DNA from: Pristiophorus japonicus
Lineage: Eukaryota
DNA: 64,000 nucleotides
Reading direction: 5' to 3'
Assembly (NCBI RefSeq): GCF_044704955.1
Contig: NW_027254445.1
Location: 186,001 to 250,000, forward strand
The position numbers were made by a program, and so were the translations under genes. Positions 23,160-34,048 of this stretch are shown one piece after another; the stretch's first letter is position 1; each line of letters opens with the position of its first letter. A model generated the notes under the pieces. That model had not been told where the DNA came from. It made no database searches and saw nothing but the letters and a program-made list of their open reading frames with translations.

Positions 23160-24570
23160 TTAATCCATTCTGATCTTGTACAGTCTCTCCATTTCCATTT
23201 CCACACAAGAGCCTTCAGCAGTTGTTGCTACCATAACTCTAGCCGTGGTCTCGGTAGGTAACATAGTTTCTCCCACCCTGGCACAGCAACACTTAACGAT
23301 GACAAATAATAGATACAGGGCGAAGACTATCAGCAGGAATATGATCAAACCCTGTACCACAGATTTCCCCAGGGCTCCCAACCATCCCGATGTTTTCAGC
23401 TAGACTGCTGATATCTTCTGATTTATCTGGGATATACGTACAGCATTCTTCACCTATTAATGCGCATGTTCCTCCCTCCTTGGCTAGGAGATAATCTAAG
23501 GCCATACGATTTTGGAGAGCCACTGTTCGAATAGCTACCATTTCGTCATTTATCCCTTCAAAGGCTTGGGAAGTTGCGTTGGCTACTGATTCTACTAAGT
23601 TAGCCAGTTCCCGTAACTGCCATTCGGTTGATGCTATTCCATAGGGTGGCACCATTACCTTGAATATTCCGTTTAGCCACGTCAAATCCCGTTCAAATCT
23701 GTGGCTTCCATAGGCCTCCCTTAGAGTCCTTACTGATCTGATAAGGGGTACCACATATCCTAAGTAACAGGACCCTGTCCAGTTGGCTGGTAACCATGGG
23801 TAGGCTTTATGGCCACAAATAAAGTAGGTGCAATTATAGGGTGTCAGCTCCTGGTCCTTTCGCACTATCCCTACTCGAGTGGTCTCACCTTCCCACCTTT
23901 CACCTGGGGCTTTGTTATGGACCGTTGTCCAGCCAACGGTTGCTATCTTTCTCTCAGTGGGATTAGTTGTGGCTTGCCATTTAGTCATTTGGGAACACTT
24001 GCTGCGTCCCATTTCTGGTCCTTTAGTTTCATTACTCACTAGGCATATTATACCTTCAGGATTTCCTATTCTGGGAGTAATGCTTAGGAAGGGAGGCTGA
24101 TGGTTATTATCATAATTGGGCTGGTACCATCCCTGGAAGGCTGTAAGCTTATACCCTGCCGACCTCCATTCTGTTTGCTCCTTCGTTTCTGGCCCCTTAG
24201 TTAGTTTTGTCCTGTTTTGCACTGTCAACCATTCTACCATTTCTGATTCGTTGAAGGGGACAGATCTCAGGGGAATACCCCCCCTGGAGTGAACAGGTAC
24301 ATGGGAACATATCCAACAACTCGACAAGTTTCTTTCTTGAGCATACCTATGACTCAGTGCCATAAATACGTTTACGTGCCATTCCCTTCGGTGGTGGGTC
24401 TGTACCCCTGGTGTAATCAATAATGCGAAGTAAAACCCTGTCAAGCCCAGCACCATCAGTCCCCATAGTCCATACAGTTCCTTATTCAGTCTTCCTTTTT
24501 CTGTTCCTCTGATTCCTTCGTCCCTTCCTCCTGGTCGGGTGCCCGTTTGCAATGGGATGCGTGGATCCAT
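23160..24570 (-). CDS. env: ERV-Gln env copy 2 (425-aa ORF 23293-24570; same anchor frameshift)
   Basis: As copy 1, with 3 aa differences (T/A, N/K, K/E). Confidence 0.92.
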
Positions 24571-26714
24571 GTTGGTCTTTCCTTTACCTTGATTGCAGTA
24601 TTGGTCGCCAGCAAGACCTGGTATGGTCCTTCGAATCTTGGCTGTAGACTGCTTTTCCTTTTAAAAATCTTGATGTAAACGAATTCCCCTGGCTCCAGGT
24701 TATGACACTTCCCTTCCGCTGGCTTGACTTGGGCTTCCTTTACCTGTGAATGAAAGCTGGAAATACATTTGGTTAGTGCAATACAATAATTCAACATATT
24801 TTCCTCCATTTTGTGGATGTCCATTTGTTTTGCAGTAAATGGTGCTGTAAAAGGTAGTCGTTGGGGACGTCCCATAACTATCTCATGCGGTGACAGGCCT
24901 GTTGTTCTGTTGGTTGCAGATCGCATTACCATCAAAGCTAAGGGCAGCAGTTCTGTGCATTTCAGTCCAGTGTCATTGCATAGTTTTGCCAGCTTATTTT
25001 TAAGCATTCCATTATATCTTTCAACAAGTCCAGCTGATTGTGGATGATAACTGCAATGAAAACGTTGATTAATCTGTAAAGCTTTACACATTTCTCTTAT
25101 AACAGTTCCCGTGAAATGTGACCCGTTATCACTGGAAAGCTTAGCAGGGATTCCGAAGCGCGGTACAATTTCTTTTAACAAACATTTAGCAACAGTAGTG
25201 GCATCGGCCTTTTTACATGGAAAGGCTTCAATCCATCTAGAGAACACATCTACAATAACTAATACATACTTGAATCCCATACACATAGGTAATTCAATAA
25301 AATCCATTTGTAAATGTCCAAAAGGCCCGACTGGATTTGGGTGGGAGGCAGATTCTACTTTTTCCATCTTACCCAGATTCATTGTCTGACAGGTAACACA
25401 ATTTTCACAGATTTGTTTTGCAATTGCCGAAATACCTGGTGCATACCAAGTTGCCAAAATATAATCTGCCAATCCCCCTTTGCCTGCATGTGTGAATGTA
25501 TGAACACATCGGGCAATCCATGGAAGTAAGGATCTAGGGGCCACCACGCGGCCGTCCTGGTGAACCCATATTCCTTCTGGATTTTTATAACATTGATCCT
25601 TCGTCCAGGTCACCACCTCCTCCATACTGGCCTGTGTCTGAAAGGCCAGCACGTCATTAATAGTGGGTGGCGGGTCTGAGCAATTATTTTTCCTTAGTGG
25701 GAACAATGACACCTGCATCCCCCCTTTCGACAGAGCTGCTGACTTAGCTGCATTATCAGCTCTGGCATTCCCAAGTGCCACCTCATTCGACTGGCCTGTA
25801 TGTGCTTGGCATTTGATAATGGCAAGTTTCAAAGGGCATTGAATGGCTCGCAGGAGATTTTCCACTTGTTCTGCATTTTTGATAGGGGTTCCTGAAGAAG
25901 TCAGGTACCCGCGAATCTTCCAAATTTGTCCATAGTCATGTGATACCCCAAAAGCATACCTGGAGTCAGTGTAGATATTAACTGTGTGTCCTTCAGCCAG
26001 AATACAGGCTCGAGTTAACGCAAACAATTCGGCTTGTTGGGCTGAAAAGGAGTCTGGAAGAGAGGCTGTTTCGACAACATTAAACTGAGTTACAATTGCA
26101 TAAGCTGCTCTCAGTTGGCCCCTATCATTTCGTAAGTCTGATCCGTCAACATAGTACATTAGATCAGGGTTACACATTGGTACATCTGTTAGATTGATAC
26201 GTGGTTTAGTCACTAATTCGGTTACCATTTCACATGAATGGGGTTCGCCGTCGTCATCCGTGGGGAGTAGAGTGGCTGGATTTAAGGTAGTGCATCTTTT
26301 GATGATTAGGTTCGGATTTGATAACAGTTCGACCTCGTATTTAGTGGTTCTTGCGGAGGTTAGGTGTTGGGTGGCACATTTAGTAAGTAAAATCTCGACA
26401 GAGTGTGGGATATACAAAATGGTCTGATGATTTAGAGTTATTGTCTGAGCCTGTTGCATAGCATAATAAGCTGCTGCCAACAAAGGAAGACATCCTGGTA
26501 GTCCGCGTGTTACTGGGTCTAGTTGGGTACTGAAATATGCTACCGGTCGCTGCTTGTCCCCATGTAACTGAGTCAAAACAGATTGTGCAAAACCCGACTT
26601 GTGATGCACAAATAAGTTGAATAGCTTAGTGTAATCTGGTAATCCCAAGGCTGGTGCTGAAGTGAGGGACTGCTTAAGACTCTGGAAAGCATTCCGGGAT
26701 ACTTCATTCCACAT
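24486..26714 (-). CDS. pol: ERV-Gln truncated pol copy 2 (tether-RNase H-IN, 742 aa)
   Basis: As copy 1, with 3 aa differences (P/L, R/G, T/M). Confidence 0.95.
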   Translation of the reverse strand: MWNEVSRNAFQSLKQSLTSAPALGLPDYTKLFNLFVHHKSGFAQSVLTQLHGDKQRPVAYFSTQLDPVTRGLPGCLPLLAAAYYAMQQAQTITLNHQTILYIPHSVEILLTKCATQHLTSARTTKYEVELLSNPNLIIKRCTTLNPATLLPTDDDGEPHSCEMVTELVTKPRINLTDVPMCNPDLMYYVDGSDLRNDRGQLRAAYAIVTQFNVVETASLPDSFSAQQAELFALTRACILAEGHTVNIYTDSRYAFGVSHDYGQIWKIRGYLTSSGTPIKNAEQVENLLRAIQCPLKLAIIKCQAHTGQSNEVALGNARADNAAKSAALSKGGMQVSLFPLRKNNCSDPPPTINDVLAFQTQASMEEVVTWTKDQCYKNPEGIWVHQDGRVVAPRSLLPWIARCVHTFTHAGKGGLADYILATWYAPGISAIAKQICENCVTCQTMNLGKMEKVESASHPNPVGPFGHLQMDFIELPMCMGFKYVLVIVDVFSRWIEAFPCKKADATTVAKCLLKEIVPRFGIPAKLSSDNGSHFTGTVIREMCKALQINQRFHCSYHPQSAGLVERYNGMLKNKLAKLCNDTGLKCTELLPLALMVMRSATNRTTGLSPHEIVMGRPQRLPFTAPFTAKQMDIHKMEENMLNYCIALTKCISSFHSQVKEAQVKPAEGKCHNLEPGEFVYIKIFKRKSSLQPRFEGPYQVLLATNTAIKVKERPTWIHASHCKRAPDQEEGTKESEEQKKED

Positions 26715-28770
26715 CCTTTAAGCATTGTGAGAATATAGTAGATTCATTCACAGCTCATAGGTCATGGACACACCTCCATTTGTGTGGGCTTCTGAACTGG
26801 ACGAATCTGTGTGTTACACGGACTTCTCATTTATGCTTATAGTGATTCACAGATCACAGAATGTAAAGTACTTGTTTTCTAATTTTATTAAAAGGCTTCC
26901 AAACCCAAGATTTTTCCAATACACCCAAAATGTTGATCAAGGAGATCACCTGAAATATCTCAAAATCCCAATTCAACTATTGTACTGTCACTCTTTATCA
27001 AAAAAATCCTCTTTCTGAGCTAGAAGCTTTTGTACCAAGATTTTACACCAAGGACAATGAGAGTGTACTCCCCCAGCCTGCACCTCGAGAGACCCACAAA
27101 GGCTTTTTTAAAAAAAAAGGCATTACAACTTTTAACCACCGGGACCATGTCTCAACAAACCTATCCTTTGTGCATTTCCTAGCTCCGTAACCTCTCATCC
27201 GAATAAATCCACACCTGCGCTTCTAACTTAAAATGTCTTAAACTTCCCACATACAGGACAACACTATGAAGGGTTAAAAAAACTTCACTTTGTTTGAAAA
27301 AGTGGGTGGAGCTAAAACAAACAGGCAGTTCCACAACCTTTCCAAACAGGTTTCCAGACACAAGGAAAAAAAACAGAAGCACTCTCATTCAAAGACAAGA
27401 CATTCACGCACTCTCATTCAAAGACAAGACATTCACAAGTCTCTCTCCATTCAATAAAGCTTTTTCTTTTGCTAGCTTCATTTTTTTTTTGAATCCATAA
27501 GTCACTATCAGGTTCTCTTTTTTTTTTTACATTTGATTTACTTCCTCTGTTAATTTTACATGGGCTTGAAGAATCGGAACCCAGGTCTTTTCTATTACTT
27601 TCCTTTTTTTTTCTACCTGGATCTCTGTTTATAAGACACTCCTCTAGACATGTTGTTCTCTCTAAATTAAATGAACCATCGGGTGGAAATGGCCTGTTTT
27701 CACCCTTAGTCCACTTTACCGGTTTTTGTTTCTTTGGTCAATTGAAGACTGACCACAATTCTGGAGCATGACATAGGCTGGTGTGCCTTTTGGTGGTGGT
27801 TTACTTGCTCCAGCCCCCATTCTGGATGATTTAAGATTTTTCCACAGTTTCTGATCTCACAATCCTTTCGGCCAACCGAGTTCTCTACGCCCACTTCTCC
27901 TGGCCGTTACGTGGCCTGAAAAGGCTCTTAATTCGGGCTCAGTCTGGGTGTGTGAGATATGTTGGCACGAACCAACCGTAGTTCATCAATCAGTTACTGT
28001 TTCTTTTCCTAATCAATCCTTGTGTTTTTTTTTCGAATCACAATTTTCCCTAGTGACTCTTCCCGTTTCTCTAATGGCAATGACTCTCAAAGGTATTGCA
28101 CACGACAGTAATACAAGGACAACAAACAATATTCCCGCGAGTACACAAATCATAACCTCTAAACAAATTCTCAGTCTGCGTTGTACGCCACTACAGACCG
28201 AGTCCTTAACTTATCCTAATAAAAACTGATAAAACTTAAGGTTCCGTACCCAAACTCTTTGATCGATTGCGCTTTCTTTTTTTTTTTTATAGTCTTATCA
28301 CATAAGAACCCCTTCCGAATTAAAAACAATAAAAATCATATCACATAAGAACCTTCGATCGATTAGCGCTTTCTTTTTTCTCTTTTTTTTTTAATAGTCT
28401 TATCACATAAGAACCCCTTCCGAATTAAAAACAATAAAAATCTTATCACATAAGAACCTGGAACCCTTTTCGATCGACTAGCGCTCCCTTACCTACTGAA
28501 ACCTTCCCCGGGCTGTCTCGAGATTTTTTCCAGAACCTGTTCTCTTCTGCTGGCGAGCTGAGAAAGAAATGGTTATAAAAAATACCTTTAGCTTTTAAAT
28601 GCCGAGTCTTGTAGATGCAGTACCTCCGCTGTGGACAACAGATTACATATGCGATTCAACAGTGAAGAAACCTCTTGTGAGCAAAGGCTCACCTTGTTTG
28701 GCCACCGAAGCCTTTCACTGGAGAGGCACTATGCCTGTATCCGTTTTACTCACAGGACAGAGAGTATGCC

Positions 28771-28787
28771 TCTCGGTGGAACCTCCA
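28771..28787 (-). promoter_or_regulatory. PBS tRNA-Gln
   Basis: TGGAGGTTCCACCGAGA, complement of the tRNA-Gln 3' end TCTCGGTGGAACCTCCA; 5 nt from the LTR. Confidence 0.9.
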
Positions 28788-28792
28788 ATAAC

Positions 28793-29470
28793 TGTCGAAA
28801 TCTCGACCTCCGAAAAGAATGACTCCGACACTTACAGCTCCGGTAGAAGTTTCTTATCTTTAATTGCTCGCAAGGGGTAGGTCACACTCAGTCAAGGGCT
28901 AAGTGAACACCTCCGAAATGGTTCAGTTTAACAAGATATTTATACAGTAAAACCAAAGTTCTGGCCTCTCCCTGTGTATTGCTCTGTCTCACAGTCAGTG
29001 AATACAGATAAAGAGTTAATTACTATATCCTGGTCCTGACATGGTATCCAGATATTTCCTTTTGTCAGGGTTATCAGAAAGCCAAACGGCCATTACTCCA
29101 TGAGTCATAGGTAATGGGCTATCACCTGTCTAATATTGTGTCAGGATTGTTTCAATTTCCTGGTCAGTTTATCTGTTTGCATCAAATGGATGAGGTCTCG
29201 GAAAGAGATAATGGCTAGAAGATAAGGGTGGGGTGACATGGAACTCCTGTAGTGTAGACAATAGGAGAGCACCATGGGGGGGGGTTACTTATCTCAGCAT
29301 GACTTGTCTCCTAGTTGTCTGATGGCCATCAGCCATCTAACAGCAGGTTTAGCTGTTTATGCAAGCTGACTGCTAAAATGCGGAAAGTTCTGGAAGGGCC
29401 AGGACTCCATTTTAATCAAAAGGCACACAAATACCGTATGGTATCAGCTTAGATAAAAATACTTTCCACA
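28793..29470 (-). repeat. ERV-Gln 5' LTR (C)
   Basis: 678 bp, TG..CA termini, followed by TSD CCAC. Confidence 0.95.
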
Positions 29471-29954
29471 CCACCCCGACCCAAATTCAGCCACAAGCGC
29501 GTCATCAAAGCACGCACCGCCGCTATCCCGCACCTCCATTGCAATCTGCCCCAAAGTTACTTTAAAAAAACCACGAGCCGCTGCATGGTGCCCCCGACAG
29601 CTTTTTCTGTTGATGCACCTTGTTCTGCTTGTGTGCAGCACGACAGCGTGGCGGCCCTTCAAGGGGAGGGCCCACTGCCGCGGCCACCATGTTTTTATTT
29701 TTGCCGGCCGACTTCCCGATCGGCCGGCCAATTATTGCCCCGGGTTCAGCCGGGCCGGCAACAGGGTCAGTGGCCTGGCCCCTCCCTGGTGGCCCAGTGG
29801 ACCGATGTTTCTGAATGCTGAATGCTCTCACCTTAAGTGAAGGGTAGAGCGGGGTTACACACACGCGTCGTGACCTCATCGCCACTTCCATTTCAAGTTA
29901 TTACTTTTTGTTGTTCCTCATCAGTTCTGATCATCAGTTATTTACTATTCACAG

Positions 29955-30303
29955 GTCTAAAGACAAGTCCGGTTCTTATCCAGTCCCCAGAAGATGTGAC
30001 GGTGCCCGAGGGTGGGATGGTGAAGTTTTGGTGTACCCTGGAGAGCAGCAATGTGAATGTGGATAAATATACTGTACACTGGTACCTCTCACAGGATAGG
30101 AAACACAAAATATTTACTCATTACGTACATGGCAGGGTTGACCGATCACACAGTTTCTCTGAGCGGTTTCAGCTCTCCAGAGATGATGCCAGTAACAGCT
30201 ACATTCTGACCATCAGAGGTATGCAGCGCAGAGACAGCGCGGTCTATATCTGTGGTATTTTGGGGAACAATCTATGGAAATGGAACCCGGCTGAAAGTAA
30301 CCA
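29955..30303 (+). pseudogene. Germline-joined V-J type Ig domain exon 1 (one extra nt near CDR3)
   Basis: Acceptor TTCACAG|; PVLIQSP..FWC..HWY..ERFQLSRD..LTI..DSAVYIC; removing one T at 30258-30261 gives CGIWGTIYGNGTRLKVT then donor GTAAGT; 349 nt = 3n+1; no RSS. Confidence 0.9.
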
Positions 30304-30739
30304 GTAAGTACCTTCTATGTTATATTGGTTTTATACCTAATAATGTTATGTACAAGCATCTTGTTTAAATGTTATACAAGCTGTTCCTTTTACAGTAACA
30401 CTGAGTTTTAACTACAGAATGGAGGGTGAAATCTGGGCCAAACTCAATTTGTTTTTAACAGAACAAATAATTGTGAGCACATGGTGGGACAAAATCTCAC
30501 ACACAGGATTCAACGGTAAAATACATGTTGAGGGAAAAGTGCAGTAATAGGAATAATTTAGAGAGCTCTAAACCATGAAATCGACCCTGATATTAACCCC
30601 CTGCCACCCTCTGCCCCCCCATGCTGTGCGGGAGAGCATCGGAGGGGTGGGTGTTAGTGTTAATTATGGGAAAATTGTCCCCAACATGCCCAAGTCCTCC
30701 AGATAGCGCACTCTCTCCTTTCCCTTCCGCCTCCCCCAA

Positions 30740-31260
30740 TCATGCCCTCTCTCTCCCTCCCCTCCCGCACCTCCCCCCACACGATCGTGGTCTCTCTCTC
30801 TCTCTCTCCCCCCTCCCCCTTGCCCAATCATGGCCTCTTTCTCTCCCTGCCCGATCGTAGCCTCTCTCTCTCCCCCACCCGATCGTGGCCTCTCTCTCTC
30901 CCTGCCCGATTGTAGCCTCTCTCTCTCCCTGCCCGATCGTGGCCTCTCTCTCTCCCCTGCCCAATCGTGGCCTCTCTCTCTCTCCCCCTCGCCCGATCAT
31001 GGCCTCTCTCTCTCTCTCCCCACCCAATCGAGCCCTCTCTCTCTCCCCACCTGTTCATGGTCTCTATCTCTCTCCCGCCCAATCATGGCCTTTCTCTCTC
31101 TCCCCCCCACCCGATCGTGGTCTCTCTCTCTCTTCCACCCAATCATGGCCTCTCTCTCTCCCTGCCCGATCATGGCCTTTCTCTCTCACCTGCCCAATCG
31201 TGGCCTCTCTCTTTCTCCCCGCCTGTTCACTGTCTCTCTCTCTCTCTCTCTCCCCCTGCC
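30740..31260. repeat. Degenerate ~30-bp CT-rich minisatellite (CCCGATCGTGGCCTCTCTCTCTCCC)
   Basis: About 16 imperfect tandem units with variable (CT)n length. Confidence 0.9.
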
Positions 31261-31269
31261 CATTATATT

Positions 31270-32660
31270 GTTGTTTAAAAAATGAGAAAGGGATAGACCG
31301 AGAATTGCAGGCCTATCAGCCTAACGTCGGTGGTGGGAGAATTATGGGAAAACATTCTGAGGGACAGGATAAATCTTCATTTCGAAATACACAGATTAAT
31401 CAAGGACAGTCAACATGGATTTTTTAAGGGAAGATAGTGTCTGACTAATTTGACTGAATTTATGAGGAGGTAACAAGGAGGTTTGATGAGGGTAGTGTGT
31501 ACGATGTAGCATATATGGGTTTTACCAAGGCTTTTGATAAGGTGCCACATGGTAGACTGGTCATGAAGGGTAAGCCCATGAGATACAGGGCAAAGTGACA
31601 AGTTGGATCCAAAATTGGCTTGGAGGAAGGAAGCAAAGGGTAATGGTCGATGGGTGCTTTGGTGTCTGCAAGGCTATTTCCAGTGGGGTTCCACAGGGCT
31701 CAGTACAAGTTCCCTTGCTTTTTGTGGTATATATCAATGATTTAGACTTGAATATATGGGGTATGATTAAGAAGTTTGTAGATGATACTACCATTTTTTG
31801 TATGGTTGATAATGAAGAAGAAAGCTGTAGACTGTAGGAAAGATATCAATGTACTGGTCACGTGGGCAGAACAGTGGCAAATGGAATTCAATCCGGAGAA
31901 GTGTGAGGTAATGCATTTGGGAAGGGCTAACAAGGCAAGGGAATATACAATAAATGGTAGGACAATGAGAAGTGTAGAGGAACAGAGGGACCTTGGAGTG
32001 CAGGACAGATTATAAATTAAGAAATAATGGGGCTTTTAAGAGAGGTACTGCAATAATCGTGGGCAATTTTAATCTTCATATAGATTCAACAAATCAAATT
32101 GGCAAAGGTAGCTGTGACAACTAGTTCATAGGGTGTATTCGTGACAGTTTCTTAGAACCATACATTGTAGAACCAACCAGGGAACAAGCTATTTTAGATC
32201 TGGTAAGGTGCAATGAGACAGGATTAATTGATTGCCTCATAGTAAAGGATCCTCTCGGGAAGAGTGAGCATAACATGATAAAATTTCACGTTCAGTTTGA
32301 GGGTGAGAAACCTGGATCTGAAACTATATCTTAAGCCTAAATAAAGGCAATTACAAAGGTATGAAGTCAGAATTGGTTAATGTGGAGTGAGAAATTAGAT
32401 TAAAAGGTAAGACAATAGATAAGCAGTGGCACACATTTAAGGAGATATTTCATAATTCTCAACAAAGATATATTCCATTGAGAAAGACTCAAATTGAAAG
32501 AAAAGGCAGATATGTTGCAAAGATTAGTGGTAGGCTAGAAGATTGGCAAAATGTTAGAAACCACCAAAGGATAACTAAAAAATGAATAAAGAAGGATAAA
32601 ATAGATTATGAGAGTAAACTAGCAAATAATATAAAAACAGACGGTAAGAGCTTCTACAAG
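31270..32660 (+). mobile_element. Two adjacent decayed CR1 fragments (RT part 31270-32000; endonuclease/linker part 32000-32660)
   Basis: WIQNWLGGRKQRVMVDG, GVPQGSV; EPTREQAILDL, GKSEHN. Confidence 0.85.
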
Positions 32661-32664
32661 TATA

Positions 32665-33535
32665 TCTCTCTTAGGCGGTCCCTCGTATCGAGGATGACCC
32701 ACTTCCACACTAAAAAAGGATGAGTTCACAGGTGTTTCAATGAAAGACCTGATATTCCTGGTCCCGAACTACATGTTAAACGTAGAAACATAGAAACATA
32801 GAAATTAGGTGCAGGAGCAGGCCATTCGGCCCTTCGAGCCTGCACCGACATTCAACAAGATCATGGCTGATCATTCAACCTCAGTACCCCTTTCCTGCTT
32901 TCTCTCCATACCCCTTATTGACCTATGAGGAGAGACTGGATCAACTGCGCTTGTATCCATCGGAGTTTAGAAGAATGAGAGGGGATCTCATAGAAACATA
33001 TAAAATTCTGACGGGATTGGACAGGTTAGAGGCAGAAAGAATGTTCCCATTGCTGGGGAGTTCCAGAACCAGTCACTCTCTAAGAATAAGGGGAAAGCCA
33101 TTTCGGCCGTAAGGGCCATATCTAACTCCCTTTTGAATATATCTAATGAACTGGCCTCAACAGCTTTCTGCGGTCGAGGATTCCACAGGTTAACAATTCT
33201 CTGAGTGAAGAAGTTGCTGCTCCAGGGCCCTCGCCTCTGCTGGGCCCCGAACTCACGCCTCTCCTGGGCCTCGATCACATCGCTCCACGATAACTCACCG
33301 CTCCTGCGTCCCAAACTCTCCGCTGCTGCTGTACCTGCCCACGTTCCAATCACCGACCTGGACCTTGGTGATGTCCAATCCAGTTGCCCGCTGCACTGCT
33401 GTTGCCCTCTTGCACCAGCTCGCACTGCTCCCTGAAGTGACATGTCACCACGCTGCTCCCAGGGTCGCTCGCTGCTCGCCTTTTATGGCCCCGACCTGCT
33501 GCTGGTATTTCCTCCCTGGTCGGGGTCACCACGCC
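32665..33535 (-). mobile_element. RTE-derived non-autonomous element (32665-32785 and 33216-33535) interrupted by a rearranged CR1 3' end (32785-33215)
   Basis: Same sequence family as 42145-42720; the CR1 piece has a (CATAGAAA)n tail and an inverted internal segment at 32918-33108. Confidence 0.65.
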
Positions 33536-34048
33536 ACGTATATAAAAAGGAAGGGAGTAGCTGAAGTAAATATTGGTCCCTTAGAGGGTGAGACTGGTGA
33601 AATAATAATGGGAAACAAGGAAATGGCAGAGACTTTGAACAAATATTTGTATCTGTCTTTACGGTAGAAGACATGAAAAGCATCCTACTAATAGAAAATC
33701 AAGGGCAAAGGGTCGGGAGTAAATAAAAGCAATTATCATCACTACAGAAAAAGTAATCGGCAAACTAATGGGACTAAAGACTGACAAGTCCCCTGGACCT
33801 GATGGCCTGCATCCTTGGGTCTTAAAAGAAGTGGCTGCAGAGATAGTGGATGCATTGGTTGTAATGTTTCAAAATTCCCTAGATTCTGGAAAGGTCCCAA
33901 GGATTGGAAAACTGCAAATGGAACACCCCTCTTTAAGAAAGGAGGGAGACAGATAGCAGGAAATTATAGGTCAGTGAGCCTAACATCTGTCATTGAGAAA
34001 ATGCTGGAATCTATTATTAAGGAAGTAGTAGCAGGACATTTAGAAAAT

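Larger units (their letters stand above)
16110..29470 (-). mobile_element. Tandem two-unit non-autonomous ERV 'ERV-Gln' (LTR-int-LTR-int-LTR)
   Basis: Three LTRs with a period of ~6340 bp; 4-bp TSD CCAC at 16106-16109 and 29471-29474; PBS-Gln, PPT, pol and env in each unit. Confidence 0.97.
16013..29890. mobile_element. GC-rich putative non-autonomous DNA element (16013-16109 and 29471-~29890) split by ERV-Gln
   Basis: CpG-rich sequence of similar character on both sides of the TSD; no coding similarity seen. Confidence 0.35.

Noticed and set aside
29837-30307. 156-aa ORF taken as a complete protein or a rearranging IgL V segment
   Set aside because: Its N-terminus is intron or repeat sequence upstream of the acceptor at 29954; no RSS follows the V, and the J-like strand is already joined
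30740-31260. CRISPR-like array or the repetitive ORFs over it
   Set aside because: Eukaryotic minisatellite with no unique spacers; the ORFs are low-complexity artefacts
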